From Candidatus Bathyarchaeota archaeon (GTDB lineage: Archaea; Thermoproteota; Bathyarchaeia; Bathyarchaeales; Bathycorpusculaceae), in assembly GCA_963720565.1 (NCBI GenBank), contig CAVRFW010000011.1:1-51253 (forward strand): 51,253 nucleotides of DNA, given 5' to 3'. The notes under the pieces are model-generated. The model saw only the letters and a list, made by a program, of their open reading frames with translations. It had not been told where the DNA came from and ran no database searches. The first letter of the stretch is position 1. Every line of letters begins with the position of its first letter. Shown one piece after another: positions 28,118-38,878 of the stretch. A program made the position numbers and the translations under genes.

Positions 28118-29842
28118 TTGTACCTCTGCAGATTTGTTCCTCGAGCACAAGGCAAGTATGGAGTGGAAAGGTTCTTGTTTCGACGGAAAGTCTCAGACGC
28201 TCTGAACTCGCTGTCATCGAAGAGAGCCCCCAAGTACGCTACATATCTTGCCGCCATCATAATTTTTCTCGCGTTAATTCTTCTTCCCCCGATACTTGGA
28301 ATTTTGACGAAATTCGACGCTATGCACCAGGCTTTCAATCAGCCGATTCTTGTTAATCGAGCGCTAGTTGCTGCTACAAATTCCTTTATTATTGCACTGG
28401 TGGTTTCTTTGCTGGATGTTTTAGCCGGGGTTCCCCTGGCTTGGCTCATCACTCGAGGAAAATCTAAGTGGCTTAACATTCTGGATACACTGGCCGACGT
28501 GCCTTTTGTTGTGCCGACCGCAGCGCTCGGTTATTCTCTGTTGCTATTCTGGAATGGACCGCAAGGGATTTCTGCTCTTTTCGGTGGATCGTTGATTTCA
28601 CCTGGCTGGCTTCTCATCGCTCTTCTGCATTTCACTTTTTCATTTCCAATTGTGGTTCGAGTCATGGTTGGCGCACTGCTCGATTATAAGATGGAGTTTG
28701 AGCGAGCATCCAGAACGCTGGGGGCAGCCCCTTTCACAGCAGTTCGAACGGTCACTTTTCCGATACTTAGACCAGCGCTGATAGCCTGCTATGTTCTTTC
28801 GTTTGCACGATCTCTTTCGGAAACGGGAGCTACCTTTATTGTTGCAGGACTTTTTGAGAACGGCCCCGTTTTTCTCCAGAACTTGAAGAACGAATTTTCT
28901 TCAGGCGCCATCGCTCAATCTACCTATGAGGGCGTCACTGTGTTCACAAGCCTAGTACTTATTGCAGTCTCGATATCCATCTTTGCCCTGATTCGCGTTT
29001 TCGGACCGAAATTGCGATTGCCAATAAAGGGAATCTGGCCTGGTTTCGAGAGAAAACTGAGCTATACAAAAGCCGCAACCTCGAGAAACAGTATTGTTTT
29101 GCTGACATTCTTTGCCATAGTTTTGTTGCCTTCCCTGTTCGTTGCTTTGCCCGCCTTCGGGGCTATACTTGACGGAACTCTTGCAGAATCGGTTTCAGGT
29201 TCAGGCGTTTGGGGTACATACTGGCAAAGCTTGCTACTTTCATACGCGTTAGCCGGAATTGTTACTCTGCTTAGCTTCGTGATTGGTTTACCGATGGCCA
29301 TAATGATTGCCAGAAAGAGATTTGGCGCAATCACTTCAACAGTGTTTGACATTCTTGTCAACATACCGCTAATAGTGCCCTCAATAGCGCTGGGCGTTTC
29401 TCTGAAGTTCTTCTGGCAGAATTTCGCTTTCGTTCCCGAGTTTCTGCTTCTGGTGTTTGCACATTTAGCTATCACTTACCCGTATTTTGTAAGATCAATG
29501 TCTTCAGCTTTCGAGCGGATAAGTCTCGATATGGAAGAAGCTGCCAGAACCTTAGGCGCAAAACCTTTCGGCGTTTTTCGAACGATAATGTTGCCGTTGA
29601 CCAAGTACTCAATTCTTTCAGGAGCAATCATGGTTTTCACAAGAAGCGTTAGCGAAACTGGAGCGACTTTGGCTGTAGTAACAACGCTGCAGACTGCTCC
29701 GGTTGTTATCGTTAACTGGGTCAAACAGGTTGTGCCCGCTAACCCATCAGAAATTGGCCTAGGATGCGGAATTCTCATACTCTTATCTTTCGCGATTCTG
29801 CTCGGGCTAAGACTACTGACCAGAGGAAGAGGGAGATACTAA
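28118..29842 (+). CDS. ABC transporter permease with two fused TM modules (FbpB/ThiP/sulfate-like)
   Basis: Two EAA loops (ERASRTLGA, EEAARTLGA); start uncertain. Confidence 0.88.
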   Translation: MYLCRFVPRAQGKYGVERFLFRRKVSDALNSLSSKRAPKYATYLAAIIIFLALILLPPILGILTKFDAMHQAFNQPILVNRALVAATNSFIIALVVSLLDVLAGVPLAWLITRGKSKWLNILDTLADVPFVVPTAALGYSLLLFWNGPQGISALFGGSLISPGWLLIALLHFTFSFPIVVRVMVGALLDYKMEFERASRTLGAAPFTAVRTVTFPILRPALIACYVLSFARSLSETGATFIVAGLFENGPVFLQNLKNEFSSGAIAQSTYEGVTVFTSLVLIAVSISIFALIRVFGPKLRLPIKGIWPGFERKLSYTKAATSRNSIVLLTFFAIVLLPSLFVALPAFGAILDGTLAESVSGSGVWGTYWQSLLLSYALAGIVTLLSFVIGLPMAIMIARKRFGAITSTVFDILVNIPLIVPSIALGVSLKFFWQNFAFVPEFLLLVFAHLAITYPYFVRSMSSAFERISLDMEEAARTLGAKPFGVFRTIMLPLTKYSILSGAIMVFTRSVSETGATLAVVTTLQTAPVVIVNWVKQVVPANPSEIGLGCGILILLSFAILLGLRLLTRGRGRY

Positions 29843-29913
29843 TATGGAACTTCGCCACTATCTCAACAACATCTGTCTACTCAATAATGCAAGCTTGAAG
29901 GAAGACTTAGTCT

Positions 29914-31014
29914 ATGCCTGACGTTCAAGTAGTCAACCTAACGAAGAAATTCGGAAACATTAGTGCTCTTGACAATGTTAGTCTGACGGTTAGTGACAAG
30001 GAATACTTTTCCTTGCTTGGACCAAGTGGCTGCGGAAAAACAACGCTACTCAGACTAATTGCTGGGTTGATTGAGCCAACCAGCGGCGAGATCTATATCG
30101 GCAACAGGCGAGTAGATGACGTTCCGCCTGAAGACAGAGAAATTGGTTTTGTGTTTCAAACTTTCGCCCTTTTTCCCCACCTAACTGTTTGGGACAACGT
30201 GAACTACGGCCCCAGGGTCAAAAACTTTGATCCTAAAGAATCAGGAACTATCGTGGAAGAAGTTCTTGAGATGGTGAAACTGCATGAACGTTTGGACGCT
30301 TATCCTAACGAATTGAGCGGTGGAATGATGCAGCGAATAGCAGTAGCTCGGGCGTTAGCTGCAGGAGCGAAGATTCTGCTTTTGGACGAGCCGCTGGGAC
30401 AGTTGGACGCGAAGGTTAGGAACGAGATTAGATATGAAATAAGAAAGATGGCTAAAGACTTGAACTTAACTGCTATTCACGTCACGCATGATCAAGCTGA
30501 AGCAATGTCAATTTCAGATCGAATTGCAGTTATGAAAAAGGGAAAAATCGTGCAGGTGGGAACACCTCAAGAGTTGTACATGAAGCCAAACAGCTTGTTC
30601 GTAGCTAATTTTATCGGAGAGTCAAACTTGCTTGAAGGTTCTGTGGTAGACGCGTCAAATGGCATGTTGGAAATTGAACTCCGCGGCGGAGTCAAAGTAA
30701 AAGCTTCGGGCAATGGGGTTGCTAAAGGCGACAGGGTGATTGTTGTTGTGAGACCTGAAATCTTTGAAGTTGAGCCGGAGGGGAGCCAAGGCGAAAACGT
30801 GCTTAGAGGCGTCGTGGGAAAGATCACTTTTGAAGGCACGTTTGTGAGGTATGTTATCAAGCTTGAGAGCGAGGACTCTGCCATCGTGACAAAGCCGTCA
30901 TTGACCGAGAAATGGTTTGAAACTGGACAGAGAATCACATTGAGTTTTGAGCCAGAGAAAGCACACGTATTTCCATATCCGCTGTCTGGACTTGCAGAAG
31001 AAATAGCAGTTTAA
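29914..31014 (+). CDS. ABC transporter ATP-binding protein (PotA/FbpC-like, TOBE domain)
   Basis: GPSGCGKT, LSGGM, LLLDEP, VTHDQ.EA. Confidence 0.93.
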   Translation: MPDVQVVNLTKKFGNISALDNVSLTVSDKEYFSLLGPSGCGKTTLLRLIAGLIEPTSGEIYIGNRRVDDVPPEDREIGFVFQTFALFPHLTVWDNVNYGPRVKNFDPKESGTIVEEVLEMVKLHERLDAYPNELSGGMMQRIAVARALAAGAKILLLDEPLGQLDAKVRNEIRYEIRKMAKDLNLTAIHVTHDQAEAMSISDRIAVMKKGKIVQVGTPQELYMKPNSLFVANFIGESNLLEGSVVDASNGMLEIELRGGVKVKASGNGVAKGDRVIVVVRPEIFEVEPEGSQGENVLRGVVGKITFEGTFVRYVIKLESEDSAIVTKPSLTEKWFETGQRITLSFEPEKAHVFPYPLSGLAEEIAV

Positions 31015-31023
31015 CACAGGGGC

Positions 31024-31662
31024 TTATTCTTTTCTGCGCAATACAAAAAAGGCTGCCAGTGCCAAAGCAGCTACCGCTACGATTAGTATGAGACCGTAGA
31101 AAACTACTGGCTGCAATCCGAGAATTTCGGGTTCCCACATATTGGTTTTGTCTATTGAAGAATGAATCGAGTATTCGGAAAATTCGGAGATTCCTTCAAC
31201 AAGGATGCCTGTATCTTGGTCCCAGAAGTAAATGCCTCCGGCCACAGTTGCGGAAACGACGCTGCGGGCTGCACCAGCGTAAGTTCTCTGTTCAAGACTA
31301 GCTATAGTCACGTTACCATGGTAAACACTTGGAAAGACGTCGCCTTCCTGCAAGTTTGCCGAAATTATGAAGAGGTCTCCAAGTTGACCCGTTTCAAGGT
31401 TCATGGTTACCGTGTCATTCACTAGCGTGCCATCAGCGAATTCCGAGGTGATTTTGAGATCAATTGTTTTTCCTTGGACGCTAATTACATCTGACCGAGC
31501 CCATACAACTTCGTGTCCCTCTGGTGGAGTACCAGCTAAAAGCACCCGATATTCTATCCAATCCCCTTCTTTTACCCCGACCGTAAACTCAGATCGCACG
31601 ACGCCAACACTGAATAGAAAAACAGTCAATAGAATAACTGGCCAGAAACATTTTCTGTCCAT
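31024..31662 (-). CDS. Exported, C-terminally anchored hypothetical protein
   Basis: Signal peptide, GVK.GDW.EY and WD..TGIL motifs, C-terminal TM plus RRKE. Confidence 0.8.
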   Translation of the reverse strand: MDRKCFWPVILLTVFLFSVGVVRSEFTVGVKEGDWIEYRVLLAGTPPEGHEVVWARSDVISVQGKTIDLKITSEFADGTLVNDTVTMNLETGQLGDLFIISANLQEGDVFPSVYHGNVTIASLEQRTYAGAARSVVSATVAGGIYFWDQDTGILVEGISEFSEYSIHSSIDKTNMWEPEILGLQPVVFYGLILIVAVAALALAAFFVLRRKE

Positions 31663-31793
31663 GAATAAACCTATACGCGTTCGATTATTTTAGCCTTTAA
31701 ATTAATCTCAGAGGTTAGGCTTACTGAAATCGCGGATGCTGTTGCACTATAACTCTTAAATAACTTCTGCCGTGTACTTCTCAAGGAATAGCG

Positions 31794-33218
31794 ATGAAAA
31801 CTGCGACAAACCTCAACCTTTTCAACACATTAACGCGGCGAAAAGAAATCTTCATCCCAATTGAAGAAGGGAAAGTTAGACTGTATACCTGTGGACCCAC
31901 AGTTTACAATTATGCGCACATAGGCAATTTTCGCGCTTTCCTCTTCGAAGACCTGCTGAAGCGATGGCTAAAACACTGTGGCTTCAAAGTCACGCATGTG
32001 ATGAACATAACCGATGTGGACGACAAAACGATCAAAGGAAGCCAGAAACAAGGCATCCCACTGCAACAGTATACTGCGCATTATACGGAAGCGTTTTTTG
32101 ATGACATCAAGGCTCTTAACATAGAGTTGGCTGACTTCTACCCGCGTGCAACCGAGCACATACCCGAGATGACGGCTTTAATAAAGAAGCTATTGGAAAA
32201 AGGCTATGCTTACCGTGGCGAAGATGGTTCAGTTTACTTTGCCATCAACAAATTCCCAGATTATGGCAAGCTTAGCCACATCAACATTCGCGAGCTTAAA
32301 GCCGGTGCCAGGGTAAGACAAGACGAGTACGCGAAGGAAGAGGCGCAGGATTTTGCTTTGTGGAAGGCCTGGTCAGCTGAGGATGGAGATGCCTTCTGGG
32401 AAACAGAATTCGGTAAAGGTAGACCCGGATGGCATGTTGAGTGCAGCGCAATGAGCATGAGTTACCTGGGCGAAACCTTCGATATCCATTGTGGGGGAGT
32501 TGATAATATATTTCCACATCACGAAAACGAGATTGCTCAGAGCGAATCGGCAACTGGCAAACCATTCGCGAATTACTGGCTGCATAACGAGCATTTGTTA
32601 GTTGAGGGTAAACGGATGGCGAAGAGGTTTGGTAACTATTACACTCTGCGTGATTTGCTCGGAAAAGGATATGCCCCTGAGGCGATTAGGTTTTTGTTGT
32701 TATCGACTCATTATCGGCAGCAGTTTAATTTCACTTTTGAAGGACTTGAAGCTGCCAAAAGCGCTGTTGAACGATTACGGAATTTTGTCCGGCGTTTGCG
32801 CGAAGCGAACGGTGTTAGAAGCAATGGCAATGTGGTAGATCTGGTAAGCCAGGCTGAGGTTGGTTTTGGAAGTGCAATGAATGACGACCTAAACATCGGG
32901 GTGGCAATGGCGGCTCTGTTTGATTTTGTGCGCGACATCAACGCGCTATTAGATGCTGATATGATTAGAAGGCAAGAAGCAGAAACAGTTGAGAAATTAA
33001 TAACCAGCATTGACGACGTTTTGGGTGTGATTGGTCCTATAACCACTGAAGAAATACTGCCGAAGGAAGCGGAAGAACTAATCAGAGAGCGAGAAGAAGC
33101 GCGAAAAACCAAGAACTGGAAGAAAGCCGACGAGATCAGGCTTCAGTTGAAGGCGATTGGCATCGTAGTTGAAGATACAAATGCTGGTGTGCGTTGGAGA
33201 CTGGAAAAGAAAGCCTAG
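31794..33218 (+). CDS. cysS: Cysteine--tRNA ligase
   Basis: CGPTVY..AHIGN, DFALWK, GRPGWH.EC, FPHHENE.AQS. Confidence 0.97.
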   Translation: MKTATNLNLFNTLTRRKEIFIPIEEGKVRLYTCGPTVYNYAHIGNFRAFLFEDLLKRWLKHCGFKVTHVMNITDVDDKTIKGSQKQGIPLQQYTAHYTEAFFDDIKALNIELADFYPRATEHIPEMTALIKKLLEKGYAYRGEDGSVYFAINKFPDYGKLSHINIRELKAGARVRQDEYAKEEAQDFALWKAWSAEDGDAFWETEFGKGRPGWHVECSAMSMSYLGETFDIHCGGVDNIFPHHENEIAQSESATGKPFANYWLHNEHLLVEGKRMAKRFGNYYTLRDLLGKGYAPEAIRFLLLSTHYRQQFNFTFEGLEAAKSAVERLRNFVRRLREANGVRSNGNVVDLVSQAEVGFGSAMNDDLNIGVAMAALFDFVRDINALLDADMIRRQEAETVEKLITSIDDVLGVIGPITTEEILPKEAEELIREREEARKTKNWKKADEIRLQLKAIGIVVEDTNAGVRWRLEKKA

Positions 33219-34000
33219 ACGGTTTTGCCGTTTTGGTTCCACATATTTGTTGTATATTTTTCTTTGAACAGTTTTTCTGCGAGCGTCGTCTCATAGGTTG
33301 TTAGTTTTGCCGGTTCAAGGTTAATTTTCAGTATGGCTCTAAAGCCCTGAGCGAGGGCGTTAGCGACCGTTTCCGCTGCGATGGAGTGATGAAGCTCGGT
33401 TTTGATGCTAGTTATTTTGCGGGCTGCAATCTGTGCGGCTTGGCTGCAACTGCTTGTGGATCTTACGCGCAGGTACTGGAACATTTCCTGCAGGTCAATG
33501 TCGAGGAGGATTGTGCCGTGTTGAAGAACTGTGCCGCGTTTTATGGTTTGGCTTGAGCCGCTGATTTTCTTGTTGCCAACTGTCAGGTTAGGGCAGTTTT
33601 TTGTATCTCCAGCGTTGAAGTCGGCGGGGACACCCATTAAACGAAGAGCATCCGTTACTGCTTCATAGATGCGATGGTATACGATTGTGATATCTCCACC
33701 GAGTTTTTCGGTTTTCGATATCACGCTGTAGGTGACCTCTCCATTTTGGTCATGGTAGACTGCCCCGCCTCCGCTAATGCGCCTTACAACGTCTACGTCG
33801 TGTTTGCGCGTGTTGTCTTGGTAGACTTCATCCTGGACATTCTGGTTTTTTCCGATGCTTACAGAGCTGGGTTTCCATTGGTAGAATCTCAGCGTGTTAG
33901 GCACACGCTCGGATATGCGCGCAGTCAGTATGGCTTCATCGATTGCCATGTTCATGAAGCCGTTGTGTGTTTCAAGAGGAATTAGCCGCCATGTGTCCAT
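33215..34000 (-). CDS. Lipoate-protein ligase A family protein
   Basis: NMAIDEA, RR.SGGGAVYHD, KKISGSSQ, LQHGT. Confidence 0.93.
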   Translation of the reverse strand: MDTWRLIPLETHNGFMNMAIDEAILTARISERVPNTLRFYQWKPSSVSIGKNQNVQDEVYQDNTRKHDVDVVRRISGGGAVYHDQNGEVTYSVISKTEKLGGDITIVYHRIYEAVTDALRLMGVPADFNAGDTKNCPNLTVGNKKISGSSQTIKRGTVLQHGTILLDIDLQEMFQYLRVRSTSSCSQAAQIAARKITSIKTELHHSIAAETVANALAQGFRAILKINLEPAKLTTYETTLAEKLFKEKYTTNMWNQNGKTV

Positions 34001-34141
34001 GCTAATCGTCCTTGATGCGTGATGAACTGTGATGTGCTTAAAACTTTTGCTGTTCGCTTGCACAGCATCGTGGCATGTCAATATTATCCTTAAATATTCG
34101 CGCATGGTTCTTTATTTGGATTCTATATAGGAGAAATAGGT

Positions 34142-34426
34142 GTGCCCGCGATAGAAGTTGGCAGAGTATGTGTAAAGAAGTTTGGTCGTGAAGCTGGAAA
34201 GAAATGCGTCATAATAGATGTTATGGACAAGAGCTTTGTCATGGTGACAGGACCAAAAAAGGTTACTGGTGTGAAGCGGAGGAGAGTTAACCTAAATCAT
34301 ATCGAGCTTCTTCAAGACAAACTAGACATTAAAAGGGGCGCTTCAGACGACGAGGTAGCTAAGGAACTAAAGGTCCCTGACAAGCCAGCGGCAAAGGCAA
34401 GAGCAGCCAAAAAAGCTCCGGCGTAA
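34142..34426 (+). CDS. rpl14e: 50S ribosomal protein L14e
   Basis: AIEVGRVCVK..GREAGKKCVI...GPK..TGVKRRR.N. Confidence 0.96.
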   Translation: MPAIEVGRVCVKKFGREAGKKCVIIDVMDKSFVMVTGPKKVTGVKRRRVNLNHIELLQDKLDIKRGASDDEVAKELKVPDKPAAKARAAKKAPA

Positions 34427-34484
34427 TCTAAACTCTTAATACCTATAGTCTCTTTTTCTATTTTCAAGGAGCCTAGAACTGCCT

Positions 34485-35495
34485 ATGCCCAGAACAGTCC
34501 CTCCATGGGAAATCAAACGTGAAACAGTCATTAGAGCCGAGGACGTAACCAACCCGAAATACGGTTGTATACCCTCTGAAAGACCACCCGAAGATTACAT
34601 CCGATATGGTGTAATAAACTTGGACAAGACAGCAGGTCCAACAAGCCATGAGGTTGCTGCATGGGTGAAGAAAATCATGCATTTGACGCGCATTGGCCAC
34701 GGAGGAACTCTTGACCCGAAAGTGACAGGAATATTGCCCGTTACTCTTGAAGAAACAACCAAAATCGTTCAAGTGTTTCTCTACAGCGGTAAAGAATACG
34801 TTTGTGTCATGAAGCTGCATGGCGACGCAGAAGAACAGCGGGTTCGAAAGGTTTTGACAGAATTTGAGGACGTAATATTTCAGAGACCTCCATTGCGTTC
34901 TTCGGTCAAACGGCAGCTGCGAACCAGACGGATTTACTATATCAACTTTCTCGAAATCAGCGGAAGAAACGTCCTCTTCAAAGTCGGCTGCGAAGGAGGC
35001 ACCTACATCCGCAAGCTCTGCTATGACATAGGAGAAATTCTTGGTGTTGGCGCTCACATGCAGGAACTACGGAGAACCCGCGCTGGACCGTTTGTGGAAA
35101 CCGGCGGCGGAAAAGCGACTTTGCATGAAGTAGCTTACTGGTTTTCAGAGTGGGAACAGAAGAAAGAACCTGAGCTTTTGCGCAAGTTTATCCAGCCGAT
35201 GGAAGCGGCTTTGGGTTTAATGCCGAAAATCGTGGTCAGAGATTCTGCGGTTGACGCGGTGTGCCATGGAGCCAATTTGACCGCGCCTGGCGTGCTATCC
35301 GTCGAAACGGGTATCGAGAAAGACTCCGTAATAGCCATTCTAACGCAGAAAGGCGAAGCAGTTGCACTGGCTAAAGCTCTTGCCACTACTGAGGAGATTT
35401 CAAGTCTGGAGCATGGAACCGTGGCTTCTCTGCAGAGAGTCATAATGCCCCGAGGCACATACCCCAAAGTTTGGAAGAGCGGTAGTGCCGAATGA
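34485..35495 (+). CDS. cbf5: H/ACA pseudouridine synthase Cbf5/TruB
   Basis: GPTSHEV.AW, GHGGTLDPKVTG, GTYIRKLC, PUA domain. Confidence 0.96.
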   Translation: MPRTVPPWEIKRETVIRAEDVTNPKYGCIPSERPPEDYIRYGVINLDKTAGPTSHEVAAWVKKIMHLTRIGHGGTLDPKVTGILPVTLEETTKIVQVFLYSGKEYVCVMKLHGDAEEQRVRKVLTEFEDVIFQRPPLRSSVKRQLRTRRIYYINFLEISGRNVLFKVGCEGGTYIRKLCYDIGEILGVGAHMQELRRTRAGPFVETGGGKATLHEVAYWFSEWEQKKEPELLRKFIQPMEAALGLMPKIVVRDSAVDAVCHGANLTAPGVLSVETGIEKDSVIAILTQKGEAVALAKALATTEEISSLEHGTVASLQRVIMPRGTYPKVWKSGSAE

Positions 35496-36109
35496 CCCGT
35501 GAAAAGCCGGATGATGAACACTACTTCGATGCACAGCCAAAGTCTAAAGGTAACCTTGGCGTAATCCGCTCCAACCTGCGAGGCGAAGCCTTCGAATTTT
35601 TGACTGCGCCAAGCGTTTTCTCCAAAACCCGAATCGATCTCGGAAGCCGTTTGCTTGCAGAAGCCATGGCTCTTCCGAAAATTGGCTACGTTCTCGACAT
35701 AGGCTGCGGATACGGAGTTGTAGGCATAACTGCAGCATCTTCAAATCCACGCTTGCACGTGGTCATGACGGATGTTAATATGCGTGCAGTTCAGCTCGCG
35801 AGAAAGAATTGCAGATTGAACAAAGTAACGAACTGTGAGGTTCGAAATGGTTACCTGTACGAACCGGTTAAAGAGCTGATTTTCAACTGTGTTCTCTCTA
35901 ATCCGCCGGTCAGCGCTGGAATGGAAACCGTGAAAGCAATAATTTGCGATGCACCGAAGGTAATGGCTGAGAAAGCTACGCTGCAGATGGTTGTTAGGTC
36001 CAAGATTGGGGCGAAGACTCTGCCTAGAGTTTTTTCTGAAACCTTTGGCAACTGTTCCGTTCTTGCAAGAGAAAGCGGATATCGCGTGTTAATCGCTGAA
36101 AACCAATAG
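35492..36109 (+). CDS. SAM-dependent methyltransferase (RsmC/MTS-like)
   Basis: VFS...ID.GS.LL, LDIGCGYG, SNPP. Confidence 0.9.
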   Translation: MTREKPDDEHYFDAQPKSKGNLGVIRSNLRGEAFEFLTAPSVFSKTRIDLGSRLLAEAMALPKIGYVLDIGCGYGVVGITAASSNPRLHVVMTDVNMRAVQLARKNCRLNKVTNCEVRNGYLYEPVKELIFNCVLSNPPVSAGMETVKAIICDAPKVMAEKATLQMVVRSKIGAKTLPRVFSETFGNCSVLARESGYRVLIAENQ

Positions 36110-36944
36110 TTCTCAATCGGAACCGAGGCGGTAAAGGTTTGAGTTGCGTTGAAAAACTGCAATAAAACGCGAAACATGAATAACGCTCTGTTCCTGGGTC
36201 TCGCAACCAGGTGCAATTCCCCTCTTGAGGGCTCCATAATTCTGGTAGGCGGTTTTTACTAGAAAATTCCGGATGAGCATGGGGCACGTGCAGGGGAGAT
36301 TTGTCTTAAGGTTGAAGATTGGACGAGTGGCTACGAAAGCATTACTAATTCTTTAACATTATTGTTGAAAATTGAGAAACATGTTCAGTTATGGTTGACC
36401 AAAAAAGTTGCGAACAAGTTTAAGTCTTACCTTAGTAGTTTCAGTTTGGTGTTCTGAGGTGCGGATTCAACTACGTAGAAGTTAGGATTGACATTCACAA
36501 TGGTGATACACACTTTGTCATTATGGAGCACACGAACCGGAAACAAAAAGACACCAGGTACTTGGATGAGGCAGAAATAAGAAGAACCTCAAAAAAGGAA
36601 GCGTCAAAACCGCTAATTCTAATTCGCGCTGAATAATGCTAGGTCGTTAAGGCACGCGGTTTGTTTTACAAGTAACGTAGTTAAGATCGCTGCAACTCGG
36701 AATGGAAAACGCTTCTGGTTTTGTCCTATCTGCGAGTTTGAAACGCCAATGGTTGACAAGATTACAACTCATAGCCTATCGCGTTGGAAGAGATATTGCG
36801 GAATTACATGAAAAGAGAAAAGGAAGATTAGGAAGGCATTTTCTCTTTGGTGATTTGCTCATACAGACTAACGAGTTTTCAAAGCGCAAGTAACAACAAA
36901 CCTTACATTTTGGTGTATTCTATTAGTAGGTGAGGTGAGACTGA

Positions 36945-37172
36945 ATGGTGGTTCCTTTCTTTATGTTAATTCGAACTAAGAAGGGGCAGGCTTTCTCTGT
37001 TGTTCAAGAGGCACAAAAGATTGAAGGCGTTAAAATTGTGCATTCCGTCATGGGAACATATGACGTTATACTCTATTCAGAAGCAAATGAACTTTCAGAT
37101 ATAAGACGCATCCGCGAGGCTGTCAGCCAAATCAGCGCTGTCGTTCGCACCGAAACAGCAGTCCACACTTGA
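36945..37172 (+). CDS. Stand-alone Lrp/AsnC ligand-binding (RAM) domain
   Basis: I.GV...HSV.G.YD.I and V.RTET; no HTH. Confidence 0.85.
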   Translation: MVVPFFMLIRTKKGQAFSVVQEAQKIEGVKIVHSVMGTYDVILYSEANELSDIRRIREAVSQISAVVRTETAVHT

Positions 37173-37836
37173 TTCAAAAGCCTGTGCGTAAAGAATACAC
37201 CATAAAACAAGACGAGAGTCTTTCTCCCAATGCGCAGCTCTTATGCCCTGTCCATTCTCAGATAGTCATAGAGATAGCTATTCGAAAGTCCTCGTTCCTT
37301 ATCTGGAAAGATAAGGATTTGTTCGTTGTGAATGAACCAAGGGCATAGTTCCTTATTGTTACTGCGACGAGTCTCCTGTAGAAAGCTGTAACTATAACCC
37401 GTCCCGATTCTTCATTGCCAAAATTGCTGAACCTCTTGCGAGAATGGCGTTGGAGATTTTTTCTGATTATTCTTCTGTGGGGGATGTTGCGTCTCTTAGG
37501 TATTTTAGGTTGCTCATCCTCTTGATCCTGAAAAATCTCTTCAGACCTTTTTCGGTTTCTGCCTCACGAATGTTAACTTCGCCCTCAAATAGTTGCTTAA
37601 TACTTGGCAATAACGCCAATGATATGTTCCTTCCCATTTTGGCTAGTGTTCCACTCATTTTTCCGACTTCTTACTGCTATCTTGGTTCAGGCAAATCTGA
37701 GGAGCATATTAACAAATGTGAACCGGTAACTTCGCCACAGAGTTGCTTGTCACGTCAACAAAGCTCAGTTGACCGCCAAAACTAAAATAGAACGTCTACC
37801 AGAATGGAGAGCTGAGATTTCTCGGAAAGAATAAAT

Positions 37837-38346
37837 ATGACCCGGGGCAATGAGCAAACCGAAAAAACCCTAGAAAATGAAGCTAAATCCAAAAAGGGAC
37901 TTCTGAGAAGCATAACTACGACATTCAAAGGCGTTTTTGGTTTTTTTAAGCTTGGCGCCCCAAGCGAAATGGACATTTCAATTGCCTCATACGAATTGAT
38001 CTTGAGGACAAGCCCTGAAGACAAGGATGCATGGATGGCGCTTGCACTTTTGTTTCACAAAAGCTTTCAGTTCGAAAAAGCTATTGAATGCAAATTGAAA
38101 GCCTCAGATTTGAACCCCAATGACCCTGAAGTGAAATTCAGCTTAGGCTGCAGTTACAGCGCCAAGGGTGATTTTTCCGCAGCGATAAAAAGTTACCTGG
38201 AAGCACTCGAGCTAAGACCAGACTATGCAGAGGCTTGCGAAGGCATAGCAGATCAATACCTAATAACTGGCGAAGATGGAAAGGCTGAAAAATGGCTGCA
38301 CAAGGCTCATGAGATTAAACTTGCAAAAAAGTTTGTCTTATCCTAA
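37837..38346 (+). CDS. TPR-repeat protein
   Basis: Three to four TPR-like units (AW..LA, LNP.D......LG..Y, AL.L.PDYAEA). Confidence 0.88.
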   Translation: MTRGNEQTEKTLENEAKSKKGLLRSITTTFKGVFGFFKLGAPSEMDISIASYELILRTSPEDKDAWMALALLFHKSFQFEKAIECKLKASDLNPNDPEVKFSLGCSYSAKGDFSAAIKSYLEALELRPDYAEACEGIADQYLITGEDGKAEKWLHKAHEIKLAKKFVLS

Positions 38347-38482
38347 AATGAATTCGTATTCTTGGTCGCGAATGCTATCAAAGCTCTCGGCAGAGCAAAG
38401 CATTGCCTTACCTCCCTTCGCACGGCTGCGGGATATTTAGATTGACGAAAAAGAGGTGGTTTGGGAGTTTTTCTGTGGATTC

Positions 38483-38731
38483 TTATTCAAATTTCGCTTC
38501 AAGAGTAATCAAAGATTCAGTGTTAGCAACGCCCTTAATGCCATGTATCCGTGCAATTACCCATGCCAAGTTATTTGTTTGCGCATGAATGACCACATCG
38601 TAACGGCCAGCTACTGCTTTAGCAAACTTTACTCCCTGGATTTTCCTTGCTTCCTCTACTACTTTCCAAAGCTCTCCGAGCTTTGATGTAACAAGAATTA
38701 TAGCTTCAAGAGGATATCCTTCTTCAGTCAT
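38483..38731 (-). CDS. Stand-alone Lrp/AsnC ligand-binding (RAM) domain
   Basis: I.GV..A.AV.G.YDVV and I.GV..TESLI; GAGGTG upstream. Confidence 0.85.
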   Translation of the reverse strand: MTEEGYPLEAIILVTSKLGELWKVVEEARKIQGVKFAKAVAGRYDVVIHAQTNNLAWVIARIHGIKGVANTESLITLEAKFE

Positions 38732-38878
38732 ATTAACACCTCGCTTTGGCAATGTTAGGTATTTAGAATCTCTCTCTTTTTAAGTTTTGTGCAAACGCAA
38801 AAAACGTAGAAACATAAGAAGTTGAAAACGCAGTAGCGTCTCAACTCAGCTAAAACTCGAGGATACTTCAGGTTCTGA

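Noticed and set aside
36205..36236. GGTGCAATTCCC...GGGCTCCA looks like a tRNA T-loop plus CCA
   Set aside because: Spacing is wrong and no cloverleaf can be folded upstream.
10035..36287. Numerous antisense or nested ORFs in the ORF track (e.g. 16422-17081, 34473-35057, 10358-10795)
   Set aside because: Shadows of well-supported genes; no motifs of their own.
37160..37658. Possible frameshifted minus-strand gene beginning with ORF 37467-37658
   Set aside because: Could be coding, but I could not reconstruct a frame or recognise any motif.
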